From: Mycobacterium phage prophi79-1
Length of the DNA stretch: 64,000 nucleotides
Sequence record: MW584153.1
Direction: 5' to 3' (one strand)
Shown here: positions 1 through 10,470 of the stretch, in pieces
How positions within the stretch are numbered: position 1 is the first letter of the stretch
Layout of the letters: each line of letters begins with the position of its first letter
Translations under genes and position numbers: made by a program
Notes under the pieces: model-generated
The model's database searches: none
What the model saw: only the letters and a program-made list of their open reading frames with translations
Told to the model about the DNA's origin: nothing

Positions 1-3000
1 GTTACCGGTGCAACGCTGGCAGCTGGAGCAGTGGGCTCGGCTGTTCAGTCACTCTGGCTGCTGCCCGCAGCCACCGGGGCTGCAGCCGCCGGCATCGGCA
101 CGCTGGTGTTGGCGTTCACGGGGTTCGGGGACGTCATTGAGGCGATCGTCTCCGGCGACGTCAAGAAGCTCGCCGAGGAGATCCAGGACCTCGCGCCGAA
201 CGCACAGCAGGCGGCACTTGCGATTCAAGCTCTCATGCCGCTGTTCAGCGAGATCCGAAAGGAAACGCAGAACGCGTTTTTCAGTGGCTCGGTCGATATG
301 ATCCGCGACCTGACCGCGCAGTACCAGCCGATGATCAAGGGGCTGACGGTCAGTATCGCGACATCGTTCAATTCGATGTTCCGCGAACTCACAGCGCAGC
401 TGTTGACGCCGGACACCGCCAACTCATTGCAGGTGATCACCGACAACATCGCGGCATTTTTCCGGGAGCTGATTCCATCGGTCGCGCCGTTCACACAGGC
501 GTTACTGGACATCATGGAGGTCGGCTCGGAGTTCCTACCCGGACTGGCGAAGGGCGGCACCACACTCGCTGAGAATTTCCGTGACTTCATCAGGGAGGCC
601 AAGCAATCCGGCAAGCTCCACGAGTGGCTACAGCGTGGTCTGACCACCCTCGGCGGGCTGATTAAGGGCGTGTGGGATCTGGGCCGCGCCATCATGTCGC
701 TCGCGCCGGCCGCCGAGAAGATCCTGCCCTATGTCGTCAGGGGCTTGGACGCCATCGCGAACTTGCTCAATGAGCATCCGACCGCTCTACCCACGGCGCT
801 TGGCCTGCTCGTAGGCGGGTTTTTCCTCAAGGGTGTTGTCTCTCTGGCTTCGAACCTATCTCTGATCGCATTGTCTTTCGGTACAACGATCCCGCAAGCC
901 ATCCGCAAGATGATCACCACGATGACCGGAATAGGCTCCTTGGCCACCGGTCTGTTCGCGCGCGGTGGTGGCGGCCTCGTTGGCGGTTTGACGGCCGCGG
1001 AGAACGGCTTGGATCGTGTGCAGTCCAAGGCGACTGGCCTTGCGGGGACCTTGAGGACTCTCGGAGGCGGTATCGCGGGTATCGCCGCCAGCATCGGGGC
1101 GGGGGTACTTCTCGATGACGTCATCAGTAAGAACATGGCGTCGACCAGTGCGGTCGAGGGGTATCAGCGAGCCGCGCGAGACGCAACCACCGCTCAAATC
1201 GAGCTCAACACGGCCCTGCTCAACTCCGGGGGAGCCTGGGACGCAGCGGCGAAGTCCGCGGGGGAGACGACTCTCAAGACGGCGTTCAGCCAGCTGGAGG
1301 CACAAGGCAAGTCGCGGGCGTCGTGGCTCGATCAGGTCCGCGACAAGGACGGCAGCGTCTTGGGCTTCATCGGAGATTCGTTCCGTCACCCGTTCACTGC
1401 GGGCGCGGATCTGGACTCACGCAAGAAGGACCTCGACGCTCAGGCCGAGCCGTTTGCGAAAGCCTCTGAGCTGCTCAAGAATCGGTTCGGAGAGAATCTC
1501 AGCGGTCTATTCGATCAGGTCAACGGCAGCCAGGACGTGTTCAACGCGCTGGTCAAGAACCTGCGCGCGGCGGGCGAGGGCGGCAACGAGGCAGCAGATG
1601 CGCTGATCAAGGTACGCACCGAACTCAAGGGCGCCGCCGATGTCGGTGGTCAGACCAACGAAGTGCTCAAGAAACTCGGAGAGGAACCAGCCAAGGCGGT
1701 GCGCGATCTGGCGACCTCGGTCGAAGCTCTGCCGAGGGACGTGCCGCTGAACATCAAATCCGAGGGCGCGCAGACGGTTATCGACGATCTCCAGAAGCTC
1801 GGCGCGCAGATCGAGATCAACAAGGACGGCGAGGTCCATGTCACCGCGCCGTTGGCCAAGGAAGTCCGGGATGCGCTTGAGAAGATCGGCGTCCAAATCC
1901 AGCAGAACCGCGACGGCACCATCAACGTAAAGCTCAAAGGCGTTGAAGAGGCGCAGAATCAGATCACCGGCCTACAACGGGCACTCGCCGGTCTGCCGCC
2001 CGTATCGGCGGTCACGGCGCCTGTACCTGGCCAGAACAGCGCACAAACGCTGCTCGGTTCGGCACTCGGTCCCGGTCTGCCCGTACCGGCTGTGGTCCCG
2101 GCCCTGCCGCCAGCTACCCCGCCGAAGGCGCAGCTTCCACCGCTTCCGCCTGACGGCCAGTACGCCGTTCCTGCCGACCCCGTCAACCCTGCGACGGGCA
2201 AGCCGTGGACGGACACAGAGCGCAAGAAGGCCATCGAAGACAGCCTTAACCCCAAGGATTTCATGGTCGACCCGTGGGCGGGCAGCGGCGCACCCAAGGT
2301 GCTCGGAAGCGGAGCGCTGCAGGTTGCCATTCCGGGCCTAACGCCAGGCACCCAAGGTGCACCCAATGCGCTTCCGCGCCAGTACGAGCCGGGTATGGTG
2401 CCGAACAACGTCAATCTGTTGCGGATCCTGGAGCAGACGTTCCCGGGCATCACCGCGCATGCCGACGCCAACCGAAATGACAAGTACGGCGAGCACGGCT
2501 CGGGTGAAGCGCTGGACATCATGGTGGGCAACAACAAGGCCCTCGGCGACCAGGTCAACGCCTTTCTTCTGCAGAACGCGAAAGCGCTCGGATTGCAGTA
2601 CAACATCTGGCAACAGCATCTTTGGCGTCCAGACGGCTCTGGTTACGACATGGAGAACCGTGGATCGCCGACGCAGAACCACATGGACCATGTGCACGCG
2701 CGGGTCTTGCCGGGACAGGCAGTCAACGGCGCGATCAACGCGGCCATCCCACCACGTTCGTTGAGCCAGAACATGTACGCCACGAACGGTCCGCTCATGA
2801 CGGACCCGTTCAGCGGAAACACCGGGTACTTCCAGGTAGACCAACAGGCGCTCATGCGTGCCGGTCAGGCCGTTGAGAAGGCAGGCCGCGACGTGTCGAA
2901 GGCGGCATACGACTTGGCGGTGGCCACCAAGCAGCACGAACAAAACCTGATCACTGATAGGGATCTGCTCGACGCGCAGGAGAAATACCAAGAGGCACAG

Positions 3001-4977
3001 GAGAAGCTGCAGAACGAGCAGATGGACTACGCCGAGACGCAGCGCGGCAAGTTCCAGACCGAAGACTTCAGCAAGTTGCCGTTCGGCGATCCGCGTCGCA
3101 TCTTGGCTGGCGCGATCTCCGGTGCGGGAGGTTCGTCCGAGGACGTATCGGCACTGGTGGGTATGGCGTTCGGCAACACCATCAAGGACGCTGCGAGCGC
3201 GATCAATTTCGATGTGCGCCAAGCACCGAACGCGGACTACACCGACCTGATCAAACAGCGCAATCCGCTGGCGCCTTTCGCCATGGCGGGGCTCAACGTA
3301 CCGGACTACTCGATCGCCGGTGGCGGGCCTGAAGCTAAGAACTTGCTGGCCAACGTCGGACCAACGGTCACTGCAAACGGACAGATGTACTCGGACACAG
3401 CTGGTCTGCTGGACCGGTCGTTCACGAACCTGCAGGCAGCGCTGGAGGCCAAGCTCGACCAGCTCGAATCGATTATGAACCAGGTCAAAGACCGTCTAGG
3501 AGACGAGCTTCTCGGCCCGGCGGTAGAGAAGGGCGTTACCGCAGCATTGCAGGGAATCGGCGATGAACTCGGCACTGCCATCGGCAACGCCGCCGGTCCG
3601 ATCATCGCTCAAGCCGTCGCGGGCGCTATGCCCAAGGGCGGCTCCGGCGGTGTTGGGGGTCAGCTGGTCAACACCGGTGCCGGAATCATCTTGCCTCCGG
3701 CGGGCGGGGCGCCCAGCGGGGGCGGTGGTTTCTTCGCATTGCCGAATTCACCAGCACTGCAAGGATTCGGACACGACCTACCTCCGAGTGCCGGCATCAT
3801 CGGCGGCCTCTACGACGAGGGCGGGCTCTGGCCGTCAGGCACATTCGGCACCAACCTGTCCGGTTCGCCTGAACGCGTGCTCGACCCGGTGCAGACCAAG
3901 CTGTTCGACGCCGGCCTACTCGGTGGCTGGAACACTCCCGTACACCCGGCCACTGGCATGCGTGCCGTGGGCTTCTCAACGACGGGTAATCCGGTCTGGC
4001 CGGTCATGGGCGGTGCGACCACCAGCGGCGTCAAGGGAAACGAGACCGTCGGTGCCGACTTCTTTGGCGTCAGCCAGGTTCCGATCATCGGCATGATCGT
4101 CAACCTGCTCGTTCGAGTGCTGCTCAAGGTGATCGGCGTCGAGATCGAGGTCCGCGACACTCTCGATGAGATGAGCAAGGACTTCCGGCAATTCCGTGGC
4201 GATTTCCAGGCTTTCGACGCTTCGGGTCGGCTGATGAACGACACGTCGGCGCTACTGGATCGCAGCTCCACCAGCGAGCAGGCCGCGGCCGACGAGCGTA
4301 TCCGCATCTTGAAGATCGTCATCGAAGGTCTGATCAAGTTCATCATTGAGAAGCTCGTCGTGCCGATCGGTAAGGCCATCGCGAACGCGTTCATCAACGC
4401 TGGCGCGGGTGCCGCGGGCGGTGCGATCGGCGCCAGCTTCCCGGGCGGCAGCATCGTCGGCGGCATGGTCTCGTCGATCATTTCCAGCGCAGGTTCCGCG
4501 ATGGTCGAGATCGTCGGCGACATCTTCACCGATTTATCGCTCGCCCTCACCTCGGTGCTCACCGACATGATTGCCGAACTCCTGCAAGGCATCTTCCCCG
4601 GCATTATGAAGGACTTCTTCGGCGGCGCCGGTGCCGCAGCGATATTTGACCCGATCACCTCCATCTTCACTGGGATTTTCGGCCCGATCCTTGGGCTGCT
4701 CAGCGGACTGGGAAGCCTGTCTCTTCCTGGTCTGTCCTTCGACGAAGGCGGTATCGCCCCGGGGATTGGCTTCCTGCCGAAGGCAACAGTGCAGCCCGAG
4801 CGTGTGCTCTCGCCGCAGCAGACCGCGAGCTTCGACCGGCTGGTGTCTGCACTCGACGGTGGTCGTATCAGGACCGGCGACCGGGTTACCCAGATCCACG
4901 CACCGATCACCGTCCACGGCGGTGTCGGGGCAGGCGAGAACGTTCGCAACCATCTGCTGTCACTGATCGATGGATAG
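1..4977 (+). CDS. tape measure protein (5' end cut by window edge; frame is open upstream of first ATG at 31)
   Basis: 1648-aa ORF. Ala/Gly-rich helical N half and hydrophobic Gly-rich C-terminal segments. Lies directly upstream of the minor tail genes. Conserved hydrolase-like motif block around nt 2400-2710. Confidence 0.85.
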   Translation, partial: VTGATLAAGAVGSAVQSLWLLPAATGAAAAGIGTLVLAFTGFGDVIEAIVSGDVKKLAEEIQDLAPNAQQAALAIQALMPLFSEIRKETQNAFFSGSVDMIRDLTAQYQPMIKGLTVSIATSFNSMFRELTAQLLTPDTANSLQVITDNIAAFFRELIPSVAPFTQALLDIMEVGSEFLPGLAKGGTTLAENFRDFIREAKQSGKLHEWLQRGLTTLGGLIKGVWDLGRAIMSLAPAAEKILPYVVRGLDAIANLLNEHPTALPTALGLLVGGFFLKGVVSLASNLSLIALSFGTTIPQAIRKMITTMTGIGSLATGLFARGGGGLVGGLTAAENGLDRVQSKATGLAGTLRTLGGGIAGIAASIGAGVLLDDVISKNMASTSAVEGYQRAARDATTAQIELNTALLNSGGAWDAAAKSAGETTLKTAFSQLEAQGKSRASWLDQVRDKDGSVLGFIGDSFRHPFTAGADLDSRKKDLDAQAEPFAKASELLKNRFGENLSGLFDQVNGSQDVFNALVKNLRAAGEGGNEAADALIKVRTELKGAADVGGQTNEVLKKLGEEPAKAVRDLATSVEALPRDVPLNIKSEGAQTVIDDLQKLGAQIEINKDGEVHVTAPLAKEVRDALEKIGVQIQQNRDGTINVKLKGVEEAQNQITGLQRALAGLPPVSAVTAPVPGQNSAQTLLGSALGPGLPVPAVVPALPPATPPKAQLPPLPPDGQYAVPADPVNPATGKPWTDTERKKAIEDSLNPKDFMVDPWAGSGAPKVLGSGALQVAIPGLTPGTQGAPNALPRQYEPGMVPNNVNLLRILEQTFPGITAHADANRNDKYGEHGSGEALDIMVGNNKALGDQVNAFLLQNAKALGLQYNIWQQHLWRPDGSGYDMENRGSPTQNHMDHVHARVLPGQAVNGAINAAIPPRSLSQNMYATNGPLMTDPFSGNTGYFQVDQQALMRAGQAVEKAGRDVSKAAYDLAVATKQHEQNLITDRDLLDAQEKYQEAQEKLQNEQMDYAETQRGKFQTEDFSKLPFGDPRRILAGAISGAGGSSEDVSALVGMAFGNTIKDAASAINFDVRQAPNADYTDLIKQRNPLAPFAMAGLNVPDYSIAGGGPEAKNLLANVGPTVTANGQMYSDTAGLLDRSFTNLQAALEAKLDQLESIMNQVKDRLGDELLGPAVEKGVTAALQGIGDELGTAIGNAAGPIIAQAVAGAMPKGGSGGVGGQLVNTGAGIILPPAGGAPSGGGGFFALPNSPALQGFGHDLPPSAGIIGGLYDEGGLWPSGTFGTNLSGSPERVLDPVQTKLFDAGLLGGWNTPVHPATGMRAVGFSTTGNPVWPVMGGATTSGVKGNETVGADFFGVSQVPIIGMIVNLLVRVLLKVIGVEIEVRDTLDEMSKDFRQFRGDFQAFDASGRLMNDTSALLDRSSTSEQAAADERIRILKIVIEGLIKFIIEKLVVPIGKAIANAFINAGAGAAGGAIGASFPGGSIVGGMVSSIISSAGSAMVEIVGDIFTDLSLALTSVLTDMIAELLQGIFPGIMKDFFGGAGAAAIFDPITSIFTGIFGPILGLLSGLGSLSLPGLSFDEGGIAPGIGFLPKATVQPERVLSPQQTASFDRLVSALDGGRIRTGDRVTQIHAPITVHGGVGAGENVRNHLLSLIDG

Positions 4978-4986
4978 GAGAGTTGA

Positions 4987-6426
4987 GTGGCGTTCAGGGG
5001 CTATATGACGCTCAACGGCGCCGAGCTGACTAATAGCTCGCGCATCGTCGAGCACCTGGGCGGTGTCGTCCCAACGCTCGACGCCGCGGTGTTCGGGTCA
5101 CCGGGCGACTGTGCATTGGTCGAATCTGCCGAACACCCCGGCCTGTATGAGCTTCCGCCCGAGTGCGTAGAGCTGCGCCCCGGGCTGTTCACGCCGCCCC
5201 CGGGATCCAAGCTCTACGGGCGCGGGCTGGTGGAAGTCGATGGCACCTGCTGGATGGAACCCGGCGTGTGCGGCCTGGCCGAGTGCCTCTCACTCATTAC
5301 CTACGACGACACCTGGCCGGGGCTGCGTGAATGGCTGGACGCTGACGGCGAATACCGGGTTGAACTGGCTCCTTGGTACTCCTCGCGCATTCCCGAATCT
5401 GGGGAGTTCGCCGGAATGTGGTTGATGGATGTCAAAGGATTCGGGCCAACCCCGGTGTCGCGCACGATTACTGAGTCTGTCGGCAACGGCGGCATTGCGG
5501 GTCCCCACCGCGACACCTCACGCACCCTGGAGTTCGAGGCCCTGCTCATCGGCTGCACGAACGCCGGACTTGAGTATGGGCTGGAATGGCTAGCCTGCCA
5601 GCTGCGCCGCACCAAGGACCGCTCAGACTCGGTTCTGCGGTACCTCAATGCGCACCCGAGTTACACCGCTGCCGCGCCCGAAGAACTACTACGCGAGACC
5701 CACGGGGTCGTGCTGACCAAGGCGCCTGTGGTCACCGAACAGATCGTCACCGGTGGTAAGGCGCATCAACAGGCCACGGTGTACCGCGTCTCTTGGGAGA
5801 TGTCCGTGCTCTCGCCGTATAGCTACTATCCCCAGGTCACGATCCCGGTTGTCTGGGACACCATCACCACCAAGCGCGTCAACTGGATCCATGCTGCCGA
5901 TTGCGAGCAGCCCTACACCTGCTTGGACATGCCGGTGATGTTCTCGACAGACTGCGCGCCCGAGGAAATCTCGGTCGTCTCCACGCCACCTCCAAACTGC
6001 GGGGGGTGTATGCCGGTGTGCTCGATGTTGCAGCACAGCTTCGTCGTGCCGAGCCGAGATCTGCCCTACCGATGCCGAGAAACCGCTGTCGGTATCGAGA
6101 TCACCAACAAGAGTGCGAGTTCACTGAGCCTGCAAGCCTTCTGGCGCGTATGCGGTTCTGATGTGCGCTGTGAGAACAGTCTGTTTCCGTTGCAAGTAGC
6201 GGGTCTCCCGCCGGCCACCTCGTTGACCCTGGACGCGGTTACCGGCCGGTTCTGGACCAACTACGATGGCCGTCGCTGGCGACCACGCGGAATCGTCGGC
6301 ACGCCGACCGGTGCGCCCTGGCGACCGATCGTGCTCGATCGCGCCACCTGCTGGGAGTTCGTAGTCATCGCCGCGGACAACACCGACTTCGACATCGCCA
6401 TCACGCTGGCAGACCGGGAGCCGTAG
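4987..6426 (+). CDS. minor tail protein
   Basis: 479-aa ORF, GTG start 10 nt after the TMP stop with a GGAGAG SD. Position in the tail module. Confidence 0.6.
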   Translation: MAFRGYMTLNGAELTNSSRIVEHLGGVVPTLDAAVFGSPGDCALVESAEHPGLYELPPECVELRPGLFTPPPGSKLYGRGLVEVDGTCWMEPGVCGLAECLSLITYDDTWPGLREWLDADGEYRVELAPWYSSRIPESGEFAGMWLMDVKGFGPTPVSRTITESVGNGGIAGPHRDTSRTLEFEALLIGCTNAGLEYGLEWLACQLRRTKDRSDSVLRYLNAHPSYTAAAPEELLRETHGVVLTKAPVVTEQIVTGGKAHQQATVYRVSWEMSVLSPYSYYPQVTIPVVWDTITTKRVNWIHAADCEQPYTCLDMPVMFSTDCAPEEISVVSTPPPNCGGCMPVCSMLQHSFVVPSRDLPYRCRETAVGIEITNKSASSLSLQAFWRVCGSDVRCENSLFPLQVAGLPPATSLTLDAVTGRFWTNYDGRRWRPRGIVGTPTGAPWRPIVLDRATCWEFVVIAADNTDFDIAITLADREP

Positions 6427-7497
6427 ATGATTGGCGGCGAGCGTAATCAGCTGGTCTCGCTCCACACTCACAAGGGAGTTCAGCTCGACCAGTACGATCC
6501 AGATCATCAGATCAGTCTGGGATGGACACGCGAGCAGAACCAAGCCTCCAAGTGTGAGATCAACGTTTCGTCCTCGCTGAATTCGGGCGTTGTGCCGGAC
6601 ATCGTGCCCTGGCTGCACTGGATCAGCGTGTGGGATGAGTATGGTCGGCGCCTCCACTGGACTGGCCCAGTCGTCAAATGGCAGGGGAACCGGGACCAGC
6701 TCTCGTTGACTGCATTCGACATGGGCACGTACTTCAAGAGGCAGCGCAACCCCATCACGAAGCGCTGGGAGGCAACAGATCCGGCGTTTATCGCACGCGA
6801 ACTGATCGAAGCGACGATCGAACGCAAAGGGGTGTACACCACGCCGATCGTGCGTCCAGACCCGCGCGTCGACAAGTTCGACTTCCAGGTCACAGCCGAC
6901 GATCAGATGCTCGACCAGACGATCTCCAGTTTGGTGAACCTTGGCCTGCGATGGGCCGTGACCGGGGGAGTCCCAGTACTTGGGCCTATGTCGCTGAAAC
7001 CTCTCGCATCGCTGGGCGAGCACGACTTTATGGGCGGAAGCCCAGTGATCAGCCGTGACGGTACCAATATGGCCAATGACATCTTGTTGCGTGCCGCCGA
7101 TTCCATCGCGCGAGATCGTGTCGAGATCGAAGGAATAGATCTACAGCGCATCGTGAACATCGATGACATGTTCTCAGTCTCCAACGCCAACAAGGCAACC
7201 CGGCAGCTGGTGCGCAGCACCTCGCGGGTGCGCGACACCTTGGAGTTACCCGGTGACATCCGGCTACACCCGGAAGCTCCCATCGATCTGGACCAGCTGG
7301 TGCCGTCAGCTCGGTTCACTGTCGAGTCCTACGGTGTGCTCGCGCTCATGGAACTCCAATCGATGCAGGTCTCGTGCAAGGAGGGCGACATCGCGGTCAG
7401 CGTGACCATGGACGCGATCTACGACGAGGACGACCCCATCGAGCTGGACAAGGTCGAAGATTCCAAGCACAGTCTGTTCGGGAGAGGCAGCCGATGA
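6427..7497 (+). CDS. minor tail protein
   Basis: 356-aa ORF, ATG one nt after the preceding stop. Tail module synteny. Confidence 0.6.
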   Translation: MIGGERNQLVSLHTHKGVQLDQYDPDHQISLGWTREQNQASKCEINVSSSLNSGVVPDIVPWLHWISVWDEYGRRLHWTGPVVKWQGNRDQLSLTAFDMGTYFKRQRNPITKRWEATDPAFIARELIEATIERKGVYTTPIVRPDPRVDKFDFQVTADDQMLDQTISSLVNLGLRWAVTGGVPVLGPMSLKPLASLGEHDFMGGSPVISRDGTNMANDILLRAADSIARDRVEIEGIDLQRIVNIDDMFSVSNANKATRQLVRSTSRVRDTLELPGDIRLHPEAPIDLDQLVPSARFTVESYGVLALMELQSMQVSCKEGDIAVSVTMDAIYDEDDPIELDKVEDSKHSLFGRGSR

Positions 7498-9860
7498 CAT
7501 TGGCGTTCCCGCGACCTCCGGGCAGCGACGCTGAGTGGGTGCGCGAAACCGAACGCCGTCTGCGAGCACTGGAGAATCCGCGGACAATCCGGGTGGGGAT
7601 GTGGGTTCTGTCCGCGATCGCCGGCCGACTGATGGCGACTAGCCCTGGCGAGGTGCTTGAGGTCGGGCAGGAACCGACTCCTGTTGCGGTTGATTTGAGT
7701 CAGCGTGGTAGCCAGGTTTCTGAGCAGGAGATCGCCGAGGCGGTCACGGGCGGCAATGGTAAGACGTTCACCTCGATCACCGACTGGTTGACGGCGAAGT
7801 GGTCGGAACTCTCGAGTACGACGACGAATGCGAACACCGGGCTCGGGAACTGGACGTCATGGCTCACCGGCGGCTCGTGGGCCACCGTTGGTGCCGCGGT
7901 GTCCGATTTCCTGAGCACCAAGAGCACCGCGACGACAGCGGGGACCAATGCGGCTACGGGGCTGGGCAATTGGACGTCCTGGCTCAGCGGTGGGTCATGG
8001 GCGAGTATTGCGGCGTCTGTTGCTGATTTCCTGGGGACGAAATCAACGGCGAACACCGCGGGTACCAATGCCGCGACCGCGATGGCTGACGCCAGTGCTG
8101 CGTCATCGGCGGCCAGTGCCGCGCAGACCAGCGTTCAGGGCACGATCGATGCCGGTATCAACGCGATCCGCAACACCCCCGGCGTGGCCGGTCAGGCGAT
8201 CGAAGGATTGGCCGAGGCGCTGGCCTCGATCCCGACCCAGCTGTACAACCAGTTCGGCGGCAACAACGTGCCCCGGGCCTCCCAGGAGCAGGCCAACGCG
8301 GCGATGGCCGCGCTGGTCAACACGGTCAATTCCCAAGGCGCGGCGATCAATGCGCTGCAAAACATCCTCTCCGATGTCGGCGGATTCAGTGCCTCTATCA
8401 CGTTCCGGCCCGCGGAAACCACCGTGTTCACCGGTCCGGGCACCGCGCCGTGGACACCCCCGGCGTGGGCGGCAGGCGGGTACGGCGAGTATGTGATCGC
8501 CCCGGCCGCCGGTGGCGGCGGTGCCGGTGAAGGCGGCTCGGGCGCATTCGGTGTCGGCGGCTACCCCGGAGGGTGGGCTACCGGCACCTTCCCCATCGAG
8601 GCTGGGGCGTATTCGATCTTCGCCGGGGGCGGCGGTTTGGGCGGGCAAGACGAGGGTTTGGGCTTCGGTGATAACGGCAGCGCTGGTGATACCTCGACGA
8701 TCACCAGCCCGGCCGGCGCACCGGTGGCATCGGCGGCGGGCGGCGCAGGCGGTGAGGGAGCGCGGCGCGGCGGCAGCGGGCAGAACGGGAAGACCATCAG
8801 CCCCCAAACCTTGTCGGCGTTCGGGGAGGCCTTCACCGCCGGATCCGGGGGCACCGGCAACGCGGGCACCGGTGGCGTGGCCGGTGGCGGTGCCGGCGGT
8901 AACGGTGGCCTGTTCGGCAACTACACCAAGGGTGGCACCGGTGGGCCGGCCAAGATCTGGATGCGCGCCCGCCCGCCGATACCGCCGCAGTTCACCGCCA
9001 TGGGCACCCTGATCTTGCCCACACTCAAACTCAACACCGGGGTCGCTCAAACCGATTCGATGACTGCGGCCGGGCAGTGGCGCACGATCCCGCCCGGCGG
9101 GGCGGCCGGCGGCTACATGCTGATCATCCGCGCCAATTCGGGGTTTACCGATTACGTCTATCTGTGGATCTGGGATGTCTTCGGTGTCACCCACTACGAG
9201 CTGGGCCGGGTGGCTTCCGGGGTCAAGTCCGCGTGGAAAACCGGCACGGTCGGGGCGGCGATCCCGTTCAACGCCTTCACCCTGACCTCCGATACCGCCC
9301 GCACCTTCACCGTCGGGGTCAACGGCACCGCGTTCGACTCCTACAACGACTCGGGCGCCACCTCCCTGATGGGCGCGGCCTACCGCAGCGGCGGCTGGGC
9401 ATCCTCAGACCCGGCGCTGCCCGGCTCGATGTCCCAGTTCGCGTTCCTGGACACCGGCACCCCCGCCCGCATCGTCTCGGGCACCGTCGCGACCGCCCAA
9501 GGCACCAACAGCACCGCCGCCTACGTGGACCTGGCCACCCCCGGGCCTTCGGTCACTCTGAACGTTCCTGCCAGCGGCGAAGTCACCATCGATGTGTCGG
9601 CGGCCTACTCCTCGGGCGGGGCTGCCGCGCAAACCGGATACATGGGCTGTGCGCTCTCGGGCGCCAACACCCGCGCCGCGACCGACGCTACCGCCGCCTA
9701 CGGGCGCACCGTCACCGCCGGACTGTTCGGCACCCTGGCGCGCCGCATCCACCTGACCGGCCTGACCCCCGGCACCACCACGTTCAAAGCCGTCTACAAA
9801 ACCAGCACTGCCGCCGCAACCTTCTCCGACCGCCACATCATCGTCGAACCCAAACCCTAA
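7494..9860 (+). CDS. glycine-rich minor tail protein
   Basis: ATGA overlap with the upstream gene. The upstream part of the track ORF (from 7374) is Arg-rich junk. Extremely Gly-rich central block (GGGGAGEGGSGAFGVGGYPGG...) typical of actinophage minor tail proteins. Confidence 0.7.
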   Translation: MTLAFPRPPGSDAEWVRETERRLRALENPRTIRVGMWVLSAIAGRLMATSPGEVLEVGQEPTPVAVDLSQRGSQVSEQEIAEAVTGGNGKTFTSITDWLTAKWSELSSTTTNANTGLGNWTSWLTGGSWATVGAAVSDFLSTKSTATTAGTNAATGLGNWTSWLSGGSWASIAASVADFLGTKSTANTAGTNAATAMADASAASSAASAAQTSVQGTIDAGINAIRNTPGVAGQAIEGLAEALASIPTQLYNQFGGNNVPRASQEQANAAMAALVNTVNSQGAAINALQNILSDVGGFSASITFRPAETTVFTGPGTAPWTPPAWAAGGYGEYVIAPAAGGGGAGEGGSGAFGVGGYPGGWATGTFPIEAGAYSIFAGGGGLGGQDEGLGFGDNGSAGDTSTITSPAGAPVASAAGGAGGEGARRGGSGQNGKTISPQTLSAFGEAFTAGSGGTGNAGTGGVAGGGAGGNGGLFGNYTKGGTGGPAKIWMRARPPIPPQFTAMGTLILPTLKLNTGVAQTDSMTAAGQWRTIPPGGAAGGYMLIIRANSGFTDYVYLWIWDVFGVTHYELGRVASGVKSAWKTGTVGAAIPFNAFTLTSDTARTFTVGVNGTAFDSYNDSGATSLMGAAYRSGGWASSDPALPGSMSQFAFLDTGTPARIVSGTVATAQGTNSTAAYVDLATPGPSVTLNVPASGEVTIDVSAAYSSGGAAAQTGYMGCALSGANTRAATDATAAYGRTVTAGLFGTLARRIHLTGLTPGTTTFKAVYKTSTAAATFSDRHIIVEPKP

Positions 9861-9889
9861 GACCGCACCGCGAAAGGCACAGAGAAATC

Positions 9890-10201
9890 ATGGGATTCAC
9901 CAACGCGACACCGCTGAAACAGACCACCTACCAGGCCATGTACTTCGACGGCACACCGCAGAGCGCCGCGCAGACCTTGATGATGATTGACTCGCTGCTG
10001 ACCGCCCGAAAGCTGCACTACGGCATCATCCACGGTTCCCAAGAAGTCGAGAACCCCACCGCCTGGCGTATCCAACTCGCGCGCCGCGACGGCTCAGCCG
10101 AACTCATCGCCCTCGCCGACCGCTGGATCGTCGTTTCCTCGACCGGCCAAGTCCGAGTACTCACTCCGGGCGACTACCGCGCCGAATTCGCCGTTGAGTG
10201 A
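9890..10201 (+). CDS. hypothetical protein (tail region)
   Basis: 103 aa, ATG with an AGAGAAATC spacer. The track ORF 9077..10201 is mostly a wrong frame. Confidence 0.5.
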   Translation: MGFTNATPLKQTTYQAMYFDGTPQSAAQTLMMIDSLLTARKLHYGIIHGSQEVENPTAWRIQLARRDGSAELIALADRWIVVSSTGQVRVLTPGDYRAEFAVE

Positions 10202-10461
10202 CCGGCGCCGGCACCGCTGCTCGCTACCCTGCCGCCATGGACGGATACCTGCGCGGTTCGGTGAAGATCCACCCGGACTATCCCGAGAACCCGACCATCG
10301 CGCTGCGCAGCGTGTTTGACGACGACGACGCCACCGGCTGCACCTCGTGGCTGGTCGTCTCGGCGAGTTCTGGGGCGCTCTATCGCACGGAGTCGTTCGT
10401 CGCCGACTGGCCCGACGCAGACGGGCTGACGTTGACGACCACGCTCACCCCAGCTCCGTAG
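10198..10461 (+). CDS. hypothetical protein
   Basis: GTGA overlap start. Alternative ATG at 10237. Confidence 0.4.
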   Translation: MTGAGTAARYPAAMDGYLRGSVKIHPDYPENPTIALRSVFDDDDATGCTSWLVVSASSGALYRTESFVADWPDADGLTLTTTLTPAP

Positions 10462-10470
10462 CCTCCCACC

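Noticed and set aside
31-4977. An Rpf-like (CESGG) motif inside the tape measure protein.
   Set aside because: Not present in the TMP; the Rpf domain is in the separate gene at 57510..57818.
8103-9194. 363-aa minus-strand ORF, and several more of 100-380 aa on both strands in 7.9-10.8 kb and 26-28 kb.
   Set aside because: These are Arg/Gly/Pro-rich products of alternative frames through high-GC coding sequence (Gly-rich minor tail gene, primase). They show low GC3 and have no start context.
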